From: Eledone cirrhosa
Lineage: Eukaryota
NCBI GenBank assembly: GCA_964016885.1
Contig: OZ024760.1
Coordinates: forward strand, 2,976,001-3,040,000
DNA: 64,000 nucleotides
Direction: 5' to 3'
Of the stretch, positions 53,443-64,000 are shown piece after piece. Position 1 is the stretch's first letter. Each line of letters begins with the position of its first letter. Under the pieces are notes generated by a model. It did no database searches and was not told the origin of the DNA. It was given only the letters and a program-made list of their open reading frames with translations. The position numbers and the translations under genes were made by a program.

Positions 53443-53572
53443 TTGTGTTTGTGTCTATATATTCAACTGGTGCCTGCCCTACAGCAGCTTCAGCTTCAAT
53501 ATAATACTATATATATATAGTATTGCAAGCAGGGAAAAGCGGACATAAAATGATGATGATGATGATGATGAT

Positions 53573-53610
<38 letters not shown>

Positions 53611-53619
53611 ATATATTAT

Positions 53620-53908
53620 ATGCAAAAGTTCTGTTTAAATTGTTGGGATACAACAAGCAAATATTTTTATAACTGATATAAAGCACTCAACAAGTATTTG
53701 GAGTAAACATACGATATTAACAAATGGAAACTATATTTCCAACAGTAATGGTTGCATTTTTTAAGGGTATGTCAATATTTATTTATAAAACTGATCTATA
53801 TTATATTTTGTCTGATGAAAGCGCACCATAATTTAACTTGGTGTCCTTGAAATATGTATAATGAAAGAAATATGGTTTTATAAATATAGTTTCCATTTGT
53901 TAATATCA
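53620..53908 (+). mobile_element. Family A cassette with hammerhead motif at 53804-53868
   Basis: CTGATGA (53812) ... GAAA (53849)-tatgta-TA-atgaaa. Preceded by an inverted family segment. Confidence 0.7.
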
Positions 53909-54250
53909 TTTCATCATTTCATTTCATTTTATGTCCGCTTTTCCCTGCTTGCAAGGGTGGGACGGGAACTGATTCTGGCTTGATTTCTACAGCTGGATGC
54001 CCTTCCTAACACCAACCTCATTTACAGTGAGTGCTGGGTGCTTTTTTGCCGTGGCACCTCCACGACCACTTTGCAGTGGAATGATATGGACCCCAATCCC
54101 TATCATCTCATTTCTACAGCTGAGTAAACTGGAGCAATGTGAAATAAAGTGTCTTGCTCAAGGAAACAACACTTCACCCGGTCTGAGAATTGAACTCACA
54201 ACCTTTCGACAGCAAGGCCAATGCTCTAACCACTAAGCCATGTGCCTCCA
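53906..54250 (-). mobile_element. S2 CORE-type SINE, full length
   Basis: Reverse complement of S2. Confidence 0.88.
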
Positions 54251-54394
54251 TCATCGTATATATATATTATATATATTTCAAATGAAGCAACAAGGTAAAG
54301 GATTCGCATTAATCACAGTTTTTGTGTTTTTCGCTCTACTGGTTAATTTACCTCCTGTAATAAAAACACGTTTTTTTCGTGTATTCTCTCCTCT

Positions 54395-54516
54395 ATATTA
54401 TATATAAACATATACACACATATAAATATATATTTGTGTATGTGTATGTATATATATATATCTTCATACATATATACACATACATGCATATATATATATA
54501 TATATTTGTGTGTATA

Positions 54517-54572
<56 letters not shown>

Positions 54573-54630
54573 TATATTTGTGTGTGTGTATATATATATA
54601 TATACATATACACACATACACATATATATT

Positions 54631-54677
<47 letters not shown>

Positions 54678-54878
54678 TCACACATATATATATGCTTGTG
54701 TGTATATATATATATATATATATTTACATACACACAAATATATATATATGTGTGTATATGTGTATATGTATACATATATATACACACAAATATATATATA
54801 TGTGTATATGTGTATGTATATATATACATATATACACACACACACACACAAATATATATATATGTGTGTATGTGTATG

Positions 54879-54910
<32 letters not shown>

Positions 54911-55191
54911 AATATATATATATATATGTGTGTGTATGTGTGTATATGTATGTATATATATATATACACACACAAATATATATATGTATGTGTATGTATA
55001 TATATATACACACACACAAATATATATATATGTGTGTATGTGTATGTATATATATATATATATACACACACACACAAATATATATATATGTGTGTATATG
55101 TGTATGTATATATATATATATATACACACACACACAAATATATATATGTGTGTATGTGTATGTATATATATATATATACACACACACACAA

Positions 55192-55241
<50 letters not shown>

Positions 55242-55318
55242 GCACACACACACACAAATATATATATATATATGTGTGTATGTATGAAGATACACACACA
55301 CACACACACACACACACC
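54395..55318. repeat. Compound (TA)/(TG)/(CA) microsatellite
   Basis: Direct reading. Similar tracts at about 2530-3280, 21340-21600, 22180-22720, 56310-56850 and 59665-60230. Confidence 0.95.
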
Positions 55319-55481
55319 TACTTATGATTCATGAAATTTTCTGTTTGATATACCCTTGACACTTATCGTGGTAGTGTTTAAATTCAAGCATGTAATAGTG
55401 TTTCTTTTGTAATCACAAAATCTAGAGAACCTAACTTTTACCCACATCATAGTTCATGATAATATTCAGCTTCAGATGTTA

Positions 55482-56290
55482 TAGGTAGAGGGTCGGACGC
55501 CATGCTTTGACGCATGGAGTTACGGCCCTTTCCAATCTGAGTTCAAATCAAATCCCGCCGAGGTTAGCTTTGCCTTTCATCCTTACGGGGTCGATAAAAT
55601 TAAGGTACCAGTCGTCACGCACTGGGGTCGATTTAATCGACTTTCCCCCTCCCCCAAAATTGCTGGCCTTGTGCCTATATAAGAAACCATTATTATGATA
55701 TGCTAGGGCAGTGTATTGGTAGAATCGGTAGAGTGTCGGACACCATGCTTCGTGGCATAGAGTTTTGGCCCTTTACATTTTTGAGTTCAAATCTTGACGA
55801 GGTTAGCTTTTCCTTTCATCCTTACTGGGTCGATAAAATAAAGTACCAGTCACGCACTGGGGTTAATTTAATTCACTGCCCACCCCCCCCTCCAATTGCT
55901 GGCTTGTGCCGGTGGATTGGCGCTATAGGTAGAGGGTCGGACACCATGGTTTGAAGCATAGAGTTACCTCCCTTTACGATCTGAGTTCAAATCCCGCCGA
56001 GGTTGACTTTGCCTTTCATCCTTACGGGGTTGATAAAATAAAGTATCAGTAATGCACTGGGGTAATTGCTGGCCTTGTGCCTAAAGTAGAAACAGTTATT
56101 ATTATTATAGGGTGGTGGATTGGCAGTATTGGTAGAGCGTCAGACAGCATGAAGTTACGGCCCTTTACGTTCCGAGTTCAAATCCTGCGGAGATTAACTT
56201 TTCCTTTCATCATTACTGGGTCGATGAAATAAAGTACCAGTAATACACTGGGATAATTGCTGCTCTTGTGCCAAATGTAGAAACAATTAT
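55482..56290 (+). mobile_element. Four head-to-tail S1 SINEs
   Basis: Starts at about 55482, 55706, 55910 and 56109. Confidence 0.85.
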
Positions 56291-56349
56291 TACGTGTTAT
56301 TCATGAACTCTTCCTATATATATGTATATATATATATATATGAATTCTT

Positions 56350-56386
<37 letters not shown>

Positions 56387-56493
56387 CATCATCATCATCT
56401 TCATCTTCGTTTAACGTCCATTTTCCACGCTAGCATGGGATATGTATATGTATATAATATATATATAGTATATATAATATATATATATAATAC

Positions 56494-56524
<31 letters not shown>

Positions 56525-56560
56525 ATATATATATTTAATATATAAATATATATAATATAC

Positions 56561-56591
<31 letters not shown>

Positions 56592-56603
56592 ATATATATA
56601 TAC

Positions 56604-56661
<58 letters not shown>

Positions 56662-56787
56662 ATATATATATATATATATGTCCCACCCTTGCGAGCAGGG
56701 AAGAGCGGACATAAAATGATGATGATGATGATATATATATACACATGAACTCTTCATATATATATGTATATATATATATGAATTCTT

Positions 56788-56855
<68 letters not shown>

Positions 56856-56857
56856 TG

Positions 56858-56908
56858 AGATTCTACAGGACTAGAACTGTTTCATTCTTTAGAAATCATC
56901 AGGAATCT
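56858..56908 (-). ncRNA. Type I hammerhead ribozyme motif with a true stem III
   Basis: Minus strand: AGATTC-CTGATGA-T TTC taaa GAA T-GAAA-CAG ttctagtc CTG-TA-GAATCT. Confidence 0.82.
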
Positions 56909-57268
56909 CTGCAATGTATTGAGTACCTTACTTACTGTGGTTACCTCCGATTCAACCCGGAATAACGTACTATATATATATATATATATACATATGAACT
57001 CTTCCTATATATATGTATATATATATGAATTCTTCTTTACATATATATATATATATGTGAACAAAAGAAAAAGGAAAGTGGGGATGAAGCAACAGACTGC
57101 ACATCCCTGACCAAGTGGCATGCTTCAGCTGTGTCCTGCAGAGAAAATAGCAAAGGCATTTCTGCGAAGAATTGCCAGCTACACTCACTGCATCAGCCAC
57201 CCCATCCAACAGGACTCTCTTCTCCCTCGGTTTGGATTGTATTTGATTTTTTTTTTTTTTTCTTCTAG

Positions 57269-57480
57269 AAATTACTCAAAGAAAGACTGAAGAAATCAGC
57301 AGAAGAAACAGAGTTACTTATCGAAAAGCATTTACCATTCCTGGTGCTGTCCCCACCACAGAAGATGTCTCCTCCTGTATTCTTCCTCACAATGACTATA
57401 TTGTGGCTACTGATACTAAGACAGGCATGCCATTGTGGTCTGCATTTACACTTAACAGTCAATCAAAGTGGATAAATGAG
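57269..57480 (+). CDS. ENPP: ENPP-family exon H, start of nuclease-like domain, with apparent frameshift at about 57341
   Basis: ttctag| ... |gtaaga. KLLKERLKKSAEETELLIEKHLPF, then in a shifted frame GAVPTTEDVSSCILPHNDYIVATDTKTGMPLWSAFTLNSQSKWINE (cf. LPFGRP...CLL.H......MPLWTSYTV). The exon is 212 bp although both flanks require phase 0. Confidence 0.85.
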
Positions 57481-57512
57481 GTAAGAACAACACACATGCA
57501 TATATATATATA

Positions 57513-57864
57513 TCATCATTCATCATCATCATTTCATTTTACCTCCACTTTTCCCTGCTTGCAAGGGTGGGACGGGAACTGATTCTGGCTTGATTTCTAC
57601 AGCTGGATGCCCTTCCTAACACCAACCTCATTTACAGTGAGTGCTGGGTGCTTTTTTTTTTTGCCGTGGCACCTCCACGACCACTTTGCAGTGGAATGAT
57701 ATGGACCCCAGTCCCTATCATCTCATTTCTACAGCTGAGTAAACTGGAGCAATGTGAAAAAAAGTGTCTTGCTCAAGGAAACAACACATCACCTGGTTTG
57801 AGAATTGAACTCACAACCTTTCGATTGCAAGGCCAATGCTCTAACCACTAAGCCATGTGCCTCC
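57513..57864 (-). mobile_element. S2 CORE-type SINE, full length
   Basis: Reverse complement of S2, about 30 bp downstream of the exon H donor. Confidence 0.88.
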
Positions 57865-58064
57865 CACATATATGTATATATATATATATATATACAAAAG
57901 AAATAGGATTTCGCTTTAAGCATAGCTTTATACAATATGTATAAATATTTCGTATCTCCAAAGAAATACAATTTTAGGAAGCCATAGCTATGCAAACACC
58001 GGGGGGGGGGGGGGGGGGGGGGGCTAACGCCCTCTGGTGATGTCCAACAGAAGCAAGGGGGACA

Positions 58065-58108
58065 ACCATCTATGCATTTCAGGCTTAACTGGCCTTCGTC
58101 AGGACGGT
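58065..58108 (-). ncRNA. Minimal type I hammerhead ribozyme motif
   Basis: Minus strand: ACCGTC-CTGACGA-AGGC cagttaa GCCT-GAAA-TGCA-TA-GATGGT. Confidence 0.85.
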
Positions 58109-58127
58109 CCCTCCCACTGCTTGCGAC

Positions 58128-58169
<42 letters not shown>

Positions 58170-58229
58170 AAATTTATAAAAACAATGAAATAAAAACAAA
58201 GAACAGGTTCCTTATATTGAAAAATTCAT

Positions 58230-58363
58230 CATTTTACGATCGTTTCTGAGATTTATATGTATGTGTTTGTATGTATATCATGTTAAAGATCTATGTAAAA
58301 AAAATTACAAATTATCAGAGGAGATATACATACCTTCACATATATATGCCATCTTCAGAAATG
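58230..58363 (-). ncRNA. Type I hammerhead motif with a 105-nt stem II
   Basis: Minus strand: CATTT-CTGAAGA-TG...GTATGTATATC/GATATACATAC...CA-GAAA-CGATCG-TA-AAATG. Confidence 0.7.
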
Positions 58364-58375
58364 GACTCGATAAGG

Positions 58376-58443
<68 letters not shown>

Positions 58444-58453
<10 letters not shown>

Positions 58454-58614
58454 TCACAAGAATCAAAGCTGTATTCAAAGCATTTATTCACTTACAATTG
58501 TTTCATCCAAACCTAGGCTTGGAGTCTTCGGAAGACTCCGAAGACTCCAAGATGAAACAATTGTGAGTGGATAAATGCTTTGAACACAGCTTTGATTCTT
58601 GTGAATTCTATATA
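58444..58614. repeat. Fold-back repeat hinged inside a decayed hammerhead
   Basis: Arms tagaattcacaagaatcaaagctg... and reverse complement. Left arm, minus strand: CCGAAGA-stem-GAAA-CAATTG-TA...AATAAA. Confidence 0.78.
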
Positions 58615-58653
58615 ACTGCTCTGTAGAACAACTGATGTTATTACATTGAGCCA

Positions 58654-58825
58654 AGGGCGGTGGATTGGCAGTATTGGTAGAGGGTCGGACGCCATGCTTT
58701 CCAGCATAGTTACGTCCCTTTACGATCTGAGTTCAAATCCCGCCGAGGTTGACTTTGCCTTTCATCCTTACGGGGTCGATAAAATAAAGTACCAGTAATG
58801 CACTGGGTTATTGCTGGCCGTGTAC
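58654..58825 (+). mobile_element. S1 SINE
   Basis: Consensus match flanked by the direct repeat gttattacattgagc, a probable target-site duplication. Confidence 0.85.
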
Positions 58826-59011
58826 AGTTATTACATTGAGCTGTTTATCTTACTGGTAATAAGGTAGTAATAAATTACTGACCTTCACTGTTTAGGGTTT
58901 AAGATATATATCACTATAAAAAGTGTTAGTATATACATAACCATAAATAGTACCCTTAATATTATATATATTTAGTCTTCGGATTTTAGTCTTCACATTT
59001 ATTATTATTAC

Positions 59012-59066
<55 letters not shown>

Positions 59067-59132
59067 CGTTTTTATAGAAAAAAATGGAATCCTACTACGA
59101 ACGATTATGAATTCACGTAAAGCAATGAATAC

Positions 59133-59281
59133 ATTGAGAAATAAACCAAACACTGCTAACTATATCATATTTTGATTTACATGCGTTTCATCCTTAACAT
59201 TAAAAGCTTAATATTGTTAACGATAAAATGCATGTAAATTAAATTACGATATAGTTAGCAGTGTTTGGCTTATTTCTCAAT
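59133..59281. repeat. Near-perfect fold-back palindrome
   Basis: attgagaaataaaccaaacactgctaactatatc... and reverse complement. Contains GAAA-CGCATG-TA on the minus strand near the hinge. Confidence 0.8.
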
Positions 59282-59286
59282 CTATA

Positions 59287-59354
<68 letters not shown>

Positions 59355-59524
59355 ATTGGTGTTGGATGCTTAAAGTGTCCGTATGCGGTCGGCCGTATGA
59401 GCACTCAATGCTCTCATAGAGCAGAGTATGATATCACAGAAAAAAAGAGAATCAGTGTTGCGATGAATGGAATTTATTGGACATACTACAATCGTTATAG
59501 GAAAATCTGCTTCGTAGAATCAAG

Positions 59525-59618
59525 ACGTATCTGAGGACCTTGCGATTTTCAGAGTCGGGTTCGATCATCACATCGATCGAGCCTCGAGCTGGTCACCAGA
59601 GAAACGATTGTAATATGT
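59525..59618 (+). ncRNA. Type I hammerhead motif with extended stem II, inside inverted repeat 59431-59668
   Basis: ACGTAT-CTGAGGA-(63 nt including GGGTTCGATC/GATCGAGCCT)-GAAA-CGATTG-TA-ATATGT-gc-AATAAA. Confidence 0.68.
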
Positions 59619-59751
59619 GCAATAAATTCCATTCGTCACAACACTAATTCTCTTTTTTTCTGTGATATATATATGTATATATATGTATATATATATATAT
59701 ATATGTATATATATGTGTATATATATATATGTATATATATGTATATATATG

Positions 59752-59834
<83 letters not shown>

Positions 59835-59855
59835 GTATATACATATATATATGTA

Positions 59856-59886
<31 letters not shown>

Positions 59887-59931
59887 ACATATATGTATAT
59901 ATATATGTATATATATATATACATATATATA

Positions 59932-59964
<33 letters not shown>

Positions 59965-60047
59965 ACATATATGTATATATGTATATATATATGTATATAT
60001 GTATATATATATATACATATATGTATATATGTGTATATATGTATATA

Positions 60048-60139
<92 letters not shown>

Positions 60140-60352
60140 TGTATATATAAGTATGTACACGAACATACATATATGTATACAGACGTACAGTAGTATGTAT
60201 ATATATATACATACACGCACACATATATATATGTACGTATGGATTCACCGAACATTTATTATAATGCTCTGTGTGTTTGTAAACAAACATCCCGTATTAA
60301 GCCGTAGTGTCCAGCAACCATCGTTGCTCGTTTGTTCAACACTGACAAAGGA

Positions 60353-60395
60353 ACGCTGTACTAGTTTCAAGCTTATTAGCTATCGTCAGCAACGT
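60353..60395 (-). ncRNA. Minimal type I hammerhead ribozyme motif
   Basis: Minus strand: ACGTTG-CTGACGA-T AGCT aata AGCT T-GAAA-CTAG-TA-CAGCGT. Lies in a repeat with an inverted copy at 60545-60720 and a relative at 9310-9570. Confidence 0.83.
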
Positions 60396-60722
60396 ATACC
60401 TTCCTGCCAGATTGTTGAACGTATATACTTACCTTATGCATGTTAACGGCTGAGTAGCCCAATTTGCATATTGAGTGGGTTAATCGGCCGGGTGCACCGA
60501 AAACGATAAACGGAAAAAATTAAACGAAATTTCATTTCCCACACTGAGCATTATAATAAATGTTCGGTGAATCCATACGTACATATATATATGTGTGCAT
60601 GTATGTATATATACATACTACTGTACATCTGTATACATATATGTATGTACGTGTACATACTTATATTTAAGTAACAGCCGTACTAAGAGTGGGTAATGAA
60701 ATTTTGTTTCATTTTTTCCGTT

Positions 60723-61025
60723 TCATCATCATCATCATCATCATCATTTAACGTCCATGTTCCACGCTTGCATGGGTTTGGACGGGAGTTTTCCCACTTG
60801 AGGCAAGAGTGGTTGTCTTGCTCGCATAGGACTGTCTGGCGGGTTTTCTACAGCTGGATGCCCTTCCTAACACCAACCACATTTACAGTGTGGGACTGGG
60901 AGGTTTTTACCGTGTTGCCTACACGGCCACATTACAGCGTGGACTGTCTGGCGGGTTTTCTACAGTTGGATGCCCTTCCTAACACCAACCACATTTACAG
61001 TGTGGGGCTGGGAGGTTTTTACCGT
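60723..61025 (-). mobile_element. S3 retroposon 3' region with internal duplication
   Basis: Reverse complement of 34060-34260. Segment 60829-60913 is repeated at 60940-61025. Confidence 0.75.
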
Positions 61026-62279
61026 GATATATATATATATATACACATATGTATATTATATATATATATAAATAGGTGCATGCTTTGTGGTTAGGGCATC
61101 CAGCTTACAATCGTATGTATGTGTGTGTGTGTGTGTGTGTGTGTTTGTGCATATTTGTCTTATTTTTCATCTTAACATTTTCATAATTCATGTAGTTTCA
61201 TATTTTCTTTGGTTTCCGTGGTGGTGGTGGTGTGGTGGTGGTGGTGGTGGTGGTGGTGGTGGTGGTATCATTGTTGAGATAGAAGGGGGAATGTCATTTC
61301 ATTTGATTTTCTTTTCTTAATGACAAAATCTTTTTTAAAAAAATGAATAAACAAACAAACAAATTAACAGAGGAATAAATAAACTAAAAATTACCAATTT
61401 TAATTTTTTTTTATTTTTACCTTAAATTTTTTTTATTAACATGTTTTTAACGAAAACTTTTTTCCAAGATTTTAGAATTTGATTTTAGTAACCTCTTTGA
61501 TCTTATCTGCTCACTTAAAGAGTTCCACCATGCAAATCTAAGAGATTGCACGATAATATTGAGTCTTTTATGGCAGTTCTTAGACTTATTAATGGTTTTT
61601 ATTATTGTTGTTGTTGTTGTATATCGACTAAAATTATTTTAATTGCAAGCAGTGTATTTATTTAAATCGGTCAGGAAAAGAAAAAACTTTTAAAGAAGTG
61701 TTTTGTTTTATTGTTGCTTGTGTGTAGGGGTCGGGGGGGAGGGTAGTTTTAAATTTTTCTATCACACATGTATTATTACCTGTAATATAAAATGATTTAG
61801 TTGTAAATCTGTAATTAATTATTTGATGGAGAAAACATTCAGTAGAGAGGAAATTTTAGGCTTGTTGAATCATGACAACCTCTCTAGTACTGACGCCATG
61901 ATAATACGCACCCACTACACTCTGTAAAGTCGTTGGCAAATGAGGGGAGACAATGAAGAATAGGGAGGACTTCTCAGATTTATGCGGTACTAGTGCCATG
62001 ATATACACCCAGTACACTCTGTAAAGTGGTTGGCAAATGATAAAGTTTTAAATCATTAATTAGCTATTTTGTCTAGACAACATAGAGTAGAGAGGAATGT
62101 TTTGTCTTGTTGGGGCCCTGGAAACCCCTCTAGTGCTGGTGCCATGGTAAAATTCACCCTATACACTCTGTAAAGTAATTGGAGACGATGCAGGGCAAAG
62201 AGGATTCTTTAGTTTTAGTCGAGACATGATAACTTTCCCTTTTCACAAATTGCTGGCCTTGTGCCAAAATTATAAACAA

Positions 62280-64000
62280 TCATCAGCATCATCATCATTA
62301 AATTTATCATCATCACCATCACCATGATGACCATCAACATCATCACCAACACCAACATCATCACCAACGCCACCATCATCACCATCACCACCATCATCAT
62401 CACCAACACCACCATTATTAACATCATCACCAACACCAACACCATCACCATCACCACCAACACCACCATCACCACCAACACCACCATCACCATCACCATC
62501 ACCAACATCACCATTATTAACATCATCACCAACACCACCATCATCACCAACACCACCACCATCACCACCATCACCATCACCGCCACCACCATCACCACCA
62601 GCATCACCAGCACCATCATCACCATCATCATCACCAAGATCATCATCATCACCATCATCACCATCACCATCACCAGCACCACCATCACCACCACCACCAT
62701 CACCACCACCACCAACACCACCATCACCATCACCACCAGCACCATCACCATCACCACCATCACCACCAGCACCACCATCATCATCACCATCATCATCACC
62801 AACACCACCACCAACACCACCATCACCATCACCACCACCATCACCACCACCACCACCATCACCACCACCATCACCCCCACCACCACCATCACCACCACCA
62901 CCATCACCACCACCACCAGCACCATCATCACCACCAGCACCATCACCATCACCACCATCACCACCATCACCACCACCACCATCACCACCACCACCACCAC
63001 CAACACCACCATCACCATCACCACCATCACCACCACCAACACCACCATCACCATCACCACCAACACCACCACCACCACCAACACCACCACCACCATCACC
63101 ACCACCAACACCAACACCACCACCATCACCACCAACACCACCATCACCACCATCACCACCACCACCACCAACACCACCAGCACCACCAACACCACCACCA
63201 ACACCACCAACACCACCACCAACACCACCATCATCACCATCATCACTAATATTAATATATTATTGTTTCTGTCTTTGCAGGAAGAGATTGATAAAGAGAT
63301 GAACAATGGCTGCCTCTTCCTGGACAGCAGACTGGGGGAGAGTCAGTGGGGGAGGACTGTTGCCAAAATAAAGGACATTGGACACCTCTTTAGTCTTGGT
63401 AAGACTGTAATCATCATCACCATCAACATCATTGTTATCATCGTCAACGTCACCATCATCACCACCACCATCACCACCACCATCACCATCATCACCATCA
63501 TCACCACCATCATCACAATCATTGTTATCATCGTCACCATCACCATCATCACCATCATCATCATCACCACCACCATCACCACCATCATCACCATCATCAC
63601 CACCATCATCACCATCACCACCATCATCACAATCATTGTTATCATCGTCACCATCACCATCATCATCATCACCACCACCATCACCACCGCCATCATCACC
63701 ATCATCACCATCATCATCATCACCATCACCACCATCATCACAATCATTGTTATCATCGTCACCATCACCATCATCATCATCACCACCACCATCACCACCG
63801 CCATCATCACCATCATCACCATCATCACCACCATCATCACCATCATCACCAGCATCATCACAATCATTGTTATCATCGTCATCATCATCATCATCACAAT
63901 CACAATCGCAATCGTCATCATCACCATAATCATCATCATCACCATCATCAACATCACCACCATCATCATCGCAATCATCATCATCGTAATCATCATCATC
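62280..64000. repeat. (CAT/CAC) trinucleotide tracts flanking exon I
   Basis: Low-complexity repeats at 62280-63245 and 63410-64000. Confidence 0.92.
63281..63398 (+). CDS. ENPP: ENPP-family exon I (nuclease-like domain)
   Basis: tttgcag| ... |gtaaga. EEIDKEMNNGCLFLDSRLGESQWGRTVAKIKDIGHLFSL (cf. ENPP1 CLYQDFRI...YGFLSP). Unique sequence island between CAT/CAC microsatellites. Confidence 0.82.

Overview
Repeat-dense, AT-rich animal genomic DNA. The SINE families and (TA)n/(CAT)n microsatellite landscape look cephalopod/octopus-like (inference). Almost none of the ORFs in the supplied track are real genes. The window lies inside one plus-strand gene of the ectonucleotide pyrophosphatase/phosphodiesterase (ENPP1-3/venom PDE) family, for which nine small exons (8288-63398) can be read with canonical AG/GT ends and matching phases. 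This ENPP appears to have lost the three Zn1 ligands and has a frameshift in the first nuclease-domain exon. The introns hold a near full-length RTE LINE with C-terminal C2H2 fingers, RTE and CR1 fragments, two tRNA-derived SINE families, piggyBac-like and Tigger-like MITEs, a non-autonomous Helitron and three satellites derived from transposon segments. They also hold at least 17 type I hammerhead-ribozyme motifs with intact cores plus about 7 decayed ones, from several unrelated families. Most sit in short inverted-repeat cassettes embedded in (TA)n tracts, the arrangement expected of Penelope-like pseudo-LTRs. All structures were folded by eye, and repeat boundaries are approximate.
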